Shown here: piece by piece, positions 47,137 to 59,464 of the stretch
Position numbering within the stretch: position 1 is the stretch's first letter
Layout of the letters: every line of letters begins with the position of its first letter
Origin: Mobula hypostoma
Lineage: Eukaryota
NCBI RefSeq assembly: GCF_963921235.1
Contig: NC_086097.1
Span: 167,960,001 to 168,024,000, forward strand
Reading direction: 5' to 3'
DNA length: 64,000 nt
Position numbers and translations under genes: made by a program
The notes under the pieces: generated by a model
Told to the model about the DNA's origin: nothing
The model's database searches: none
Seen by the model: only the letters and a program-made list of their open reading frames with translations

Positions 47137-50100
47137 ATTGTAACCCGGCTGACAATGAGCAATCTAAAAGAAAAAATGATTGTTAATTCAACAGTTAGAC
47201 AACTTAATTTTGGGTTTGGATTGCTTGTTCGGATATTATGGAGAAAGATTAGTTGTCATTTGACCACACTGTTCCAGATCAGTGAATATTCAAAGCACCT
47301 CTCTGTGAAGGATTCTACCTTTCCCAATCAATGCCTCAAACCAAGGGAGCAGGAAATAAAGCAAAGGCATTACAGTGTATTGAAGGGCCATTTAATCCAT
47401 CAAGTTCATGCCAGCTCCCAGCCCAACAATCACCTTAACCATGCAATACAGGTATCAATAGCTGGAATAAATACCTTCTGGGGGATCAGTAAACATTTTG
47501 GCAATGATGTGTATTAGGCTGAGTAAACCTCTCAAACACAAGAGACTGCAGGTGCTGGAATCTAGAGCCGCCAAAACAAACTGGTGGAGGAACTCTGGGT
47601 CAGGCAGCATCTGTGGGGAAGGGATATGGACAGACAATAATTCAGGTCAAGACTTGTCATCTGGACTGAAGTCTAAGGCACTGAGTTCCTCCAGCATTTT
47701 GTTCACTCATTGTCCTGGTCTCAAGGAGAGCAAATTGGGTTTGTCAGGATAGAAAGTGGAGTGTACTGTATTTTGATTTTCTGTGATGAGTCTGCCGAAC
47801 AGGCCCCTATTTGCAGTAACTTGGATTCCCACAAGAAGGCATTGAATGCCATCTCTTTGTCTTTGCACCATTAGTAACTCTAACAAAATCAGATTCGAAT
47901 CCAAACAGCTTTCACCAGAATAATCTCTCCCTTTCATCACACTTAACAAAAAAAAAAGAAAGTAAGTTGTCCTGGTATTTCCAAAGGATTATTAATCTTC
48001 CCCATCCATGCTATGTAACCCAGAGTAGGTTTATAACTGTCTGTAGAGAGGTTAGCCCCGGAAGAATTAGTGAAAAGTGGAAAAGTTTAATGATGGAAGT
48101 TCCAAACATTTTAATTTATGGAAGTGAGGATAGAATGGGAAAAGTTTGGCTGGTGCAAGTCCATTGCCTGGAATCACTACCAATATTCTCTCAGCATCCC
48201 TTCTTGCCAGTGAGACCAAAGTGTTTCTGAGTCTACAGCAAGGAAGCCCTGTCTCCAAACATTGCTAACCACTGACAGCCAGCAAGGTTGAGACCCCAGC
48301 CTTACCAACTGTAAAATTATTTATTTAATTAGTTTTCCATAACTATGACATTCAGAGATACTAAAAGAAGATCTACGAGAATATTGCCAGGACACAAAGG
48401 CCTCAGTTAAAGCGAGAAGTTGGGTACGCTAGGACTTTATTCCTTGGAGCGTAGAGTTCTGAGGTGGCATTGGTCAGACCACACTTGGCATATTGTGAGC
48501 AGTTTGGGGCCCCTAAACCAAGAAAGGATGTGCTGGCATTAGAGAGAGTCCAGAGGAGGTTCACAAGAATGATCCCAGTAATGAAAGGGTTAATGTATGA
48601 GGAGTGTTTGATGACTTGGACCTATACACATTGGAGTTTAGAAAAATGGGGTGGGACCTCATTGAAACCACAAGAGATTCTGCAGAGGCTGGAAAATCTT
48701 GAGCAACACACACAAAATGCTGCAGGAACTCAGCAAGTCTGGCCGCTTCACACAGAGGGGAATGCACATATGGAATGAGCTAATAGAGGAAGCTGCAGAT
48801 GTTTTTGCAATATCAACATTTTAAAGACACTGGCAGGTACGTGGATTGGAATGGTTTAACGGGATGCATGCCAAATATCAACAAATGAGACTAGCAATGA
48901 ATCTTGATCAATATGGACAAGTTGTGCCGAAGAACCTGCTTCTGTGCTGTGTTGCTCCATGACTATAACTGTTAGAAGTGGATAAAGTATTTGGAAATCT
49001 TAGAATATTAGAAAGGTGACAGAAGCAGTACATGAACAGGCAGAGAACAGAGGGATGTTGATCAGGTGCAGGCAGATACAATGGCACGTCAAGATGAAGT
49101 GTCTTGGCCCAAGACACCAGCAGTCCATTTCCCTCCATTGATGCTGCCTGACTCGCTGTCCTCCTGCAGCATTTTGTGTGTTGCTCCAGATTTAAAGCAT
49201 CTGCAGTTTCTCTTGTGTCATGTATAGAATTATTTTAGATTGGCATGATGAGCCAAAGGGACTCAATTGTGCAGTTCTATTCTATCTATAGCCATGATGT
49301 AAGTATGATCTGAGAGTTGTACAAAAATCACTCATGCATCAATGGTGCAGTAAGCCATCTTAATAAATGGCTATTCTTTTTCTGCAGGGTGGTAGGTGTT
49401 TCAAAATCACCAGTGGTGTCCTATGTGAAGGAATTTAGAATTGCCACAAAGTTCCCACAAGATGACCAAGTGTATCGGGTCCACAGCGCCCTGAGGCAGC
49501 CTTTCACAGAATCTGTGTAAAGATGGATGTCACGTGGTTGACGTTCTTCTGCGTGTGCTGAATCAACGGGCAGCAGAAACAATTCTACATAGGTTACTGC
49601 AGGCACATGACACAGCAGTAAGAGTTCAGCCTTGGGCTTTACCGAATGATATACACCGGCTTCTGACATGTCCACCTACTTCTGTGTGGCTTAAAGAGGA
49701 TGTGACTTCCCTGGGCCATCACCACAGTGTTTGATACTTGAACCCCGTCCCCCCCCCGTGATAGACCCCCTTTAAGATATTAACTTACCCCTTGTACCCT
49801 CAGACTACAGACCTCCCTTGAAACCCTCACGACTACCAAATTAAATTCCTGATATCCTTCCCAAGCACTAAATTGTGACCTGTATCTTTGTCCCACAACA
49901 GTGGCATAGCCCAACCTTCTCATTACACTTCTGCTCCAATCAAAGCTCCAGTCATCCGTCCACACTCTGGCACTTCTCTCCCTGCTCTGTGAGGTAACAT
50001 GCACATGAGCTCCTTGCTAACCAGCCAGTGGTGAGTTACAACTTTTGCATATTGAGTTCTGTGTGGAGTTGATCATTAGATTAGGATGGAGATAGGGGAC

Positions 50101-51126
50101 ACAGAAAAACTCACACTGCTCCATCTGCCTTTTGTGACCTAGGATAACTTCTAAGCCTCTCTCTCAATAGGATAGAAAAATTCAGAGGTTGTCCAGAACT
50201 GTAATAGCTCACTTCCTTCATGGGGCCCCATAGTACTTATTATTCACTCAGGATGCCTATGTTCAATCCTAATGCACTGCTGTTATTCCTGTAAAAACTA
50301 ACCCACAACTGATTTTTCCCAGGTAAATTGCATTCACTATCAACTCCAGGTGAAATTCTGCTCTCCTGCATCCAGAACATGAGACCTTTAGGGAGCAGTC
50401 CTGACAAAAGGATCTTGACCCAGTCCTTAGGATGGGATTCATTTCTTGAAGAAACTCTTATGTGTCAAACCTGTTTCCTGGAGGTAGATTATGACATCTA
50501 AAACAAATTTAGAGGAATATGGGCTAAATGCAGGCACCTTAGTCGTCATGGACAAGATGGGCTGAAAGGGCCAGTATTTGTGTTATATGACTTGAAACAT
50601 CAACTGTCCATTTCCCTCCACAGATGCTGCCTGACATGCTGAGTTTCTCCAGCTTGTGTGTGTTGCTCCTGAAAACAATTCATTTGATATGTGTTGTTGA
50701 TTCCACATGTACATAGTATGGGCCACTGGACTCACAACTCAGTGAAGATACTCACCCACTTCCTAAAGTGCTTAGAATGTGCTCATTCCTTCAAAGAGTA
50801 CTTGCTGGAGCATTTAACAACTGAGATGTGTTATGGTGGTACTGCCTCAGAGCACCTGGGTTCGATCCTAACCTGGAAAACTTGACAAAGGCCTCAAACC
50901 TGAAACATTAACTCTGCTTCTCTCCCCGCAGATGCCACCTGACTTGATGAGAGGTCCAGATTTTCTGCCTTTATCTTCAATCCTGACCTTGGATGTTGTG
51001 TGTGTGGAGCTTTTGCTTTTTGTCCATGTCTGCATAGTTTTTCTTCGGGTGCTCCAGTTTTCTCCCACATCCCAAACATCGACAAGTCGGAAGGTTAACT
51101 GGCCATTGTAAGTGAGTGATAGAATT

Positions 51127-52600
51127 TTCTATAGATTCAGGATCAGTTCCTGAGGATTGGAGGGTGGCTAATGTTGTCCCTCTCTTCAAGAAGGGAGGAA
51201 GAGAGAAAATGGAATTATAACCGGTTAGCCTGACGTCGGTGGTGGGAAAGATGCTGGAGTCAACTATAAAAGATGAAATTACGACACATCTGGATAGTAG
51301 TAACAGGATTGGTCCGAGTCGGCATGATTTATGAAGGGGAAATCGCGCTTGACTAATCTGCTGGACTTTTTTGAGGATGTAACTTTGAAAATGGACAAGG
51401 GAAAGCCAGTGGATGTAGTGTACCTGGACTTTCAGAAAGCCTTTGATAGTCCCACATAGGAGATTAATGGGCAAAATTAGGGCACATAGTATTGGGGGCA
51501 GAGTACTGACATGGATTGAAAATTGGCTGGCTGACAGAAAACAAAGAGTAGCGATTACGGGTCCCTTTCGGAATGGCAGGTGTACCAGTGGGGTACCGCA
51601 GGGTTCAGTGCTGGGACCGCAGCTGTTTACAATATATATTAATGATTTAGATGAGGGAATTAAAAGTAACATTAGTAAATTTGCCGATGACACAAAGCTG
51701 GGAGGCAGTGTGAAATGTGAGGAGGATGTTATGAGAATGCAGGGTGATTTGGACAGGCTGGGTGAGTGGGCAGATGCAGTTTAATGTGGGTAAATGTGAG
51801 GTTATCCACTTTGGTGGTGAGAACGGGAAGGCAGATTATTATCTAAATGGAGTCAAGTTAGGGAAAGGGGAAGCATAACGAGATCTAGGTGTTCTTGTAC
51901 ATCAGTCGCTGAAAGCAAGCATGCAAGTACAGCAGGCAGTGAAAAAAGCTAATGGCATGCTAGCCTTTATAACAAGGGGAATTGAGTATAAGAGCAAAGA
52001 GGTCCTTCTGCAGCTGTACAGGGCCCTGGTGAGACCACACCTGGAGTACTGTGTGCAGTTTTGGTCTCCAAATTTGAGGAAGGACATTCTTGCTATTGAG
52101 GGAGTGCAGCGTAGGTTCACAAGGTTAGTTCCCGGGATGGTGGGACTGTCATATGTTGAAAGATTGGAGCGACTGGGCTTGTATACTCTGGAATTTAGAG
52201 GGCTGAGAGGGGATCTTATTGAAACATATAAGATTATTAAGGGATTGGACACGCTGCAGGCAGGAAGCATGTTTCCGCTGATGGGTGAGTCCAGAACTAG
52301 AGGCCACAGTTTAAGAATTAGGGGTAGGCCATTTAGAATGGAGTTGAGGAAAAACTTTTTCACCCAGAGAGTGGTGGATATATGGAATGCTCTGCCCCAG
52401 AAGGCTGTGGAGGCCAAGTCTCTGGATGCTTTCAAAAAAGAGATGGATAGAGCTCTTAAAGATAGTGGAATCAAAGGTTATGGGGATAGGGCAGGAACTG
52501 GATACTGATAGTAGATGATCAGCCACGATCACAGTGAATGGTGGTGCTGGCTCAAAGGGCCGAATGGCCTACTCCTGCACCTATCGACTGTTGTCTATTG
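51127..52600 (+). mobile_element. Young 5'-truncated CR1 LINE, same subfamily as 36293-38791, inserted in a V-SINE-like element
   Basis: Near-identical to about 37306-38791; ORFs 51443-51784 (KFADDTK) and 51921-52508; the host SINE sequence resumes at about 52605. Confidence 0.95.
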
Positions 52601-54479
52601 CCTATAATCGGGGGGGGATGGGGGTAGTTGATGGGAATGTGGGTTGAAAACGGAATTCGTACAAGCTGTGTAAGCAGATGCTTGGTGCTCAGTGCAGACT
52701 CATGGGCAGAAGGGCTTATTTTCATGCTGTGTGAACCTCTAACACCATGAGATTATTATCTACAGGAAGTTCTGCGAAAGTTGCAGAAGTATTTATCAAA
52801 GATTATCTCAAACAGCTGCTTAGCAGCAGACTTCACACAGTGTAGGTGCAGATACACGTGTCAACTTGGATTAGCAGCCCATTAACTTGATGAAAGACGG
52901 TCTTTGGTTTTCAAGTAACAGGATGTTCAGCCAGAACCAAATGTTGAAAGCTGGTGCATTCTAAGGTCAGGACTGTGTGCTGTGAGATGCACTGAATCTA
53001 AGTGTGGGCCAGGCCATCAGCTCTGTAATCTAAATCTTTAATGTATAACATGTAAAGTAGCAGTCCGACATTGATCCCTGCAGAACACCACCAGTCACTG
53101 ACAGCCAACTAGAAGAGGCCCTCCTTTTTCCACTCTTTGCTTTCTGCATCTCTTGTGTAGCCAGTCTTCCATCTCTGCTAGTACTTTTTCGATAATAGTA
53201 TGGGCTGCTACCCTATTTAGCAGCCTCATGTGTAGCACTTTATCAAAAGCCCTCTGAAAATCTAAGTAAACAGCATCCACTGACTCATAAAATGCTGGAA
53301 GAACTCATCAAGTCGGGCAGTATCTACGGAAGCAAATAACAGTCAACATTTTGGGCTGAGACCCTTCATCAGGACTAGAAATGAAAGAGATAGAAGCTAG
53401 AATAAGAAGTTGAGTGCAGGGGGAAGAGTACAAGCTGGCAGGTAATTGTGAGACCAGGCATTCCTCCAGTGTTCTGTGTGGATTGCTCAAGATTTCCTGC
53501 ATCTGCAGAATCTCTTGTCTATCCACTGTCTCTTCTTTGTCTATCCTACTTGCTACTTCCTCAAAAAACTCCAATACATTTGTCAATGCTGGATCTCCCT
53601 TGAAGGAAACCATGCTACCTTCAGCTATGTATATATGTATAATGTATTTTCAAGTGCCCCAAAACCTCATGCATATTCTCTCGCACTACCATGGACTTGT
53701 CTCTGCTATGTTCTATTTTAGCACTGATGTCTTACTAAGCACATTTTTTGTTCACTGTTCAATATATTTTATGTCTTGTGTGTTGTCTGAACCTACATAC
53801 CTATGATGCTACTGCAAGCAAGATTTTCACTAAACTCTTCTGGTGTTTGAGGGGCTTTCCCACTAAGCTCAGCCCCTCCATGCCCAGCAGAGGAAGGAGC
53901 CTGGACTGTCCTCCATCCATTAGCATATACTCCTGCAGCCTGGAATGTACCAGACAGCACCATTCCCTTACTGTATGGGAAGACAAATACAATTTGTGCA
54001 GACCAATGAGTGTTTGCCACTGAGTTAGAGTATAGAGCAGTACAGCACAGTACCTGCCAATGTTGTACTGATGTTTTAACCTACTCCATGAGCAGTCTAT
54101 TCCTTTCCTCCCACATAGTCCATGTTCCTTTCTAAGAGTATGTTAACACCTCCTAGTGAACAGTATCTGCCTCTACCCCCACCCCTGTCAGAGTGCTCCA
54201 TGAACCCACCACTCTTTGTGTAACGAAACCTACCTCTAACATTCCCCCTATGCTTTCCTCCAATCACCTTAAAATTAAGCCCTCTCAGAGTACCCACTTT
54301 CATCTTGTCCACCTTTATCAAGTTACCTCTTGTCCTCCTTCAGTCCAAGCAGAAAATGCCTAGCTTACCCAATCTTTCTTCATAAGTTACACCCTCAACT
54401 CCAGGCACCAACCTACTAATTCTCCCCTGCACCCTCACTGGCTACGCATTGTTTGGCGGAACACTGAGAGCATGCTACG

Positions 54480-56148
54480 AAATTCTTAAACACGTACAAA
54501 AATCCTGTAAAACGAAGATGCTTTTAAAATAATTAAATGAAGTTACTAAATATCCAAAAATTACTATAAAGAGCAGAGAACAGTAAAAAAAAATGGAATC
54601 AAATCAACATTTAGTGTGAATTAGTGTGGCCTTTAACACCACATTAATTCCCTTAGGTACATTGTCATGCAGATTTACAAGAAAATTGAATGGTAGGTTG
54701 TCCCAAGCATTTTGGAGGACTTGCCACAGTTCTTCTGCAGACTTTGGCAGTCTTGCTTGCTTCTGTCCCTCCAGTAATCCCAGACAGCCTCAATGATATT
54801 GAGATCAGGGCTCCGTACAGGCCATACCATCTGTTGTAGAACTCCTTGTTCTTTTTGCTGAAGATAGTTCTTTATGACCTTGGCCCTGTGTTTGGGGTCA
54901 TTCACCTCCTCTAGGATTAAGATGGAATTGATTAGATGTCTCCTTGATGGCATTCCATGATGGATAAGAATCTGCTTGTACTTCTCAGCATTGAGTGTTC
55001 CATTATTTCTGACCAGATCACCAACTCCATTTGCAGAAATACAGCCCCAAACATGTAGGGTACCTCCGCCGTGCTTCACTGTTGGCTGCAGATACTCATC
55101 CATGTAGTGCTCTCCAGCTCTCCTGTGGACAAACTGCCTCCTGTTTGAGACAAAATTATCAAATTTCGGCTTGTCAATCCAGAGCACTTGCTGCCATTGT
55201 TCAGCACCCCAGTCCCCGTGTTTTTGTGTGTAGGTGTGGCTTGGCTTTGTTTCCAATTTGGAGGAATGGCTTTTTGGCAGCAACTCTTCCATGAAGACCA
55301 CTTCTAACATGGTAGCTCTGGGTTGTAGAGGGGTATACTCGGGTTCCTTTGGTTTCTGTGAGTTCACAGCTGACGGCAGTGAAGGGACGTCAGTTTCTCT
55401 TATCCTGCTGCACTCAGTTTCCATGGCCCACCACTGGGTTTCTGGTCCTCAATCTTACCCATTTCTTTGTGCTTCATCAGAAGAGTTCAGACAATTCATC
55501 TTGAAACTCCTGTCTGCCATGAAATTTCAACTTGGGAGAGCCCGTGCTGAAGCAGGATGATCACCTTGTGTCTTGTTGCTTTGCTCACTCTTACCCAGAT
55601 GTAAGAATTGATTATTTAAAGATTAAGCTGTCACATCTGCTGCACCCTTGCCTTTTAGTTTAGTTGACCTTTGCCCAATTTGATTCCCTCTACACCCATT
55701 TTTATTTCAGTTAATCTGTTCAGTTGATTCAGCACATTATCTCATTGATTCAAAGGTTATGGGGATAAGGCAGGAACTGGATACTGATGGTAGATGATCA
55801 GCCATGATCACAGTGAATGGTGGTGCTGGCTTGAAGGGCCGAATGGCCTACTCCTGCACCTATTGTCTATTGTCTATTGATTATTAGCATCCCCATTGTT
55901 ATCTTTGTTTAAACATGCACTGGGTTATATACCTGAAAACTAATCAAGTTTTGATTTGAAAAATGGAGTTATTTAATATGTTACTTTAATGAAATCAAAA
56001 CTTTGCAACATTTAATTTTTTGGAAAATAATATTTGGAAATCTAAAATTTGCTCTTTTTTATTGACACACTAATGCAGAAGACAAAAACTAAATATCTAA
56101 ATCAAAATTTGTATTAAAAGATCGGGGCGCCTAAGACTTCTGCACAGT
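54480..56148 (-). mobile_element. Second decayed copy of the DD38E-like Tc1 family
   Basis: Colinear with 41286-42823; ORF 54675-55424 (WGCIS, NDPKH, SPDLNIIEAVW); TIR remnant CCTAAGACTTCTGCACAGT. Confidence 0.85.
55751..55879 (+). mobile_element. Very short (about 130 bp) 3' end of the young CR1 family inserted in the Tc1 copy
   Basis: Matches about 38663-38791; tail CTATTGTCTATTGTCTATTG; TSD ATTGATT. Confidence 0.9.
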
Positions 56149-56459
56149 TTAAAGGCTCAAAGGTTCATTTAATATCGGAGTATGTATATCGCATACAACC
56201 TGCAATTTGTCCTCTTCACAGACATCCACACAACAAAGAAACACCGTAGAATGAACAATAGAAACATTGAAGCCCCCCTTCCACCTCCCTTCACACAAGC
56301 AGCAGCAAAAACATCGACACCACCCCACCCACGCTAGCAGAAGCACCAACTCCCCCTCCCCATCTGGTGCCATATTTCCACACTCTGTATCACTTCTGTT
56401 GAGTGTTATTTACTTACATTGGTTTGGGAAGGGGGGCATGTAAAATAGCAAAAATTAGT

Positions 56460-58047
56460 GTGAAACTTTTAAAAACCAACAGAGGGCAACTAAAAAAGCA
56501 ATAAGTGAAGAGATGAAATATGTAGGTAAGTTAGTTACTTGTATAAAACAAAATACCAAAAGTTTTTTTCAGATATATAAAGATAAAAGAGGCAAGTGGA
56601 TATTATACTGCTGGAAAAGGATACTGGAGAGGTAGTTATGAGGGATAAAGAAATGGCAGGTGAACTGAGTAAGTATTTTGCATCAGTCTTCACTGTGAAA
56701 GACACTAGCAGTAGATCAGAAATTTGACAATACTTGGGGGATAAAAGTGAGTGTAATTGCTTTCACTAAGGAGAAGATGCTTGGAAAGTTGAAAGGTCTG
56801 AAGGTAGATGAGTCACCTGATGGGGGTGATGGACTACACCCCAGGGTTCTGAAAGAGGTAGCTGAGGAGATTGTGGAGACATTAGTAATGATCTTTCAAC
56901 AATCTCTAGCTTCTGAAATGGTTCTGGAGGACTGGAAAACTGTAAATGTCACTCTCCTTTTAAGAGGGAGCAACAGACAGGAAAATATAAGCCAGTTAGC
57001 CTGACTTGAATGGTTGGTAAGATGTCGGAGTCCGTTATTAAAGATGAGATTTCAGGGTACTTGGATTCACGTAAAATAGTCTTGACATCAATGTGGTTTC
57101 CTTAATTGAAAAATCTTGCCTGACAATCTGTTGGAATTCTTTAAGGAAATAACTGGCAGGATAGACAAAGGAGAGTCAGTGTTCGTTGTTTACTTGGATT
57201 TTCGGAAGGCCTTTTACAAGGTGTCAGGCATGAGGTTTCTAAACAAGAGCCCGTGTATTACAGGAAAGATACAAGCATGGATAGATGATTGAATGAATGG
57301 CAGAACACAAAGGGTGGGAATAAAGGAGCTCTGTGGCCAGGTTTGCCAATGATAGAAAGATGGAGGTGGGCCTGGTAGTGCTGAGGAAGTAGGGACTCTG
57401 CAGAAGTACTTAGACAGATTCGGAGAATGGGCAAAGTGGCATATGGAATACTGTGTACGGATATGCATTTAGGTAGATGGAATAAAGTCATAAATGGAGA
57501 GAAAACTCAGAAATCGGAGATTGCAAGGGAATTGGAAGTCCTTGTGCCAGATTCCCTCAAGGTGAACCTGCAGGTTGCGTCGGTGGTAAACTAGGCAAAT
57601 GCAATGTGAGCATTCATTTTTGAGAGGACTGGATTATAAAAACAAGGATGTAATGCTGGAGCTTTAGATAAGGCATTGGTCAGACCACACTTGGAGTATT
57701 GTGAGTAGTTTTGCATCCTTTATCTAAGAAAAAAATGTGCTGGCATTAGAGAGTGTCCAGAGGAGGTCTACAAGAATTATCCTGGAAATGAAAGGGTTAA
57801 CATATTATTTGATGGCTCTGGGCCTGTACACACAGAGTTTAGAAGGATCGGGGAAGATCTAATTGAAACCTATCAAATATTGAAAGGCCTAGATAGAGTG
57901 GATATGGAGCGCCAGAATAGCGGGATGTTGATTTAGAACAGAGATGAGGAAGAATTTTAGCCAGAGGGTGATGAATCTATTCAATTTATTGCCACTGATG
58001 GCTTGGAGGCCAAGTCATTGCGTATATTTAAAGTGGAAATTGATGGG
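56460..58047 (+). mobile_element. Old CR1 ORF2 fragment
   Basis: ORF 56747-57004 (DGLHPRVLKEVAEEI) and colinear decayed RT and C-terminal sequence. Confidence 0.8.
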
Positions 58048-59464
58048 TGTCATTTTTCAGTGGTTTGATTCCACTCTTGCCTCTCACTTTTGATATTTTT
58101 GGTATCCTCTTTTACATTATTGATTAGCTTACCTTCATATTTCATCTTTTCTCTCTGTTGCTTGCCTTGTTTCTTTTTAAAAGCTTCCCAATCCTCTAAC
58201 TTCCCATTAATCTTTGCTATATTATATGCCCTCTCTTTTACTTTTATGTTGTCTCGGACTTCTGTTGTCAGCCAGTTGTGTCATCCTGCCTTTAGAATAC
58301 TACTACATCTTTTGGATCTATCCTGCACCTTCCAAATTGCTCCCACGAACTCCAGCATTGCTATTCTGCCGTCAAACCTGTAGAGTCCACTTCCAATCAA
58401 CTTTGGTCGGCTCCTCTCTCATGCCTCTGTAACTCCCTTTACCCCACTGTAATATTGATACATCTAATTTTAGTTTCTCCCTCTTAAGACTGCATGATGA
58501 ATTCTATCATAATATGATCACTGTCGTAAACTCCCCAATCAAATCTGGTCTATTGTATAACATCCAACCCAGAATTACCTTTCACCTGGTAGGCTCAACC
58601 ACAAGCTGCTCTAAAAAAAACCACCTTGTAGGCATTCTATAAATCTCCTCTCTTTGGATGCGGCACCAACCTGACTTTCCGAATCTACCTGCATATTGCA
58701 CTCCCCCGTGACTATTGAAACATTGCACTTTTTATATGGCTTTTCTATCTCCCATTGCAATTTGTACCTCATATTCTGGCTACCCGGGTTCAGGTGTAAC
58801 CTGTCCTTTTTATAAAAGTTGTACCTTCCCCAGAAGTAATCGCAATTATCCAGAAATCCAAAACGCTGTCTTTGAACCAATTCCTTTGCCACACATTCAT
58901 CTGCCAAATCATACTATTCTTACTCTTACTGGTGTGCTTCAGGCAGCAATCGACAGATTAGTACTCTTGGGGGTCCTGCTTTTCAGTTTTCTAACTAACT
59001 CCCTATATTCTCTCTTCAAGATCTCTTCCATTTTCCTATTTATGTCATTGGTACCAATATCCACCATGACTTCTAGCTGCTTACCTTCCCCCTTTAGAAT
59101 GCTGTGGACTCCATCTGAGACATCCCTGACCCTGGCACCCGGGAGGCAACATACCATCTGGTTCCTTCACATCTTTTGAATCTTCTGCCTGCTCCTCTAA
59201 CTATGGAATCTCTTATCTTGAACACACTCTTCTTTCCCCCACCCTTCTCTTCTAAGCCACAGAGCCAGATCCAGTGGCTGCAGTTTCCCCCTCATCCCCC
59301 CACCCTCTTCTAACAGTTTCCAAAGCGGTATATTTATTATTGAGGGGAGCAACCACAGAGATACTTTGTGCTGGCTGCCTATTCCCTTTCGCTCTGACAG
59401 TCACACAGGTACCTGCCTCCATGCAACTTAGGTATGACTACCTCCTTGTAGCTCTGCTCTTTCA
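58048..59464 (-). mobile_element. Old CR1 5' fragment with SGNH-esterase ORF1 remnants (resumes at about 62724-62800)
   Basis: ORFs 58939-59157 (CLPGARVRDV, IGTND) and 58611-58907 (DRLHLN). Confidence 0.75.

Noticed and set aside
49421..49675. RNase H-like words (AEL...IHLYTDS) in a minus-strand ORF
   Set aside because: Spacing is too long, other catalytic motifs are absent and no RT is adjacent.
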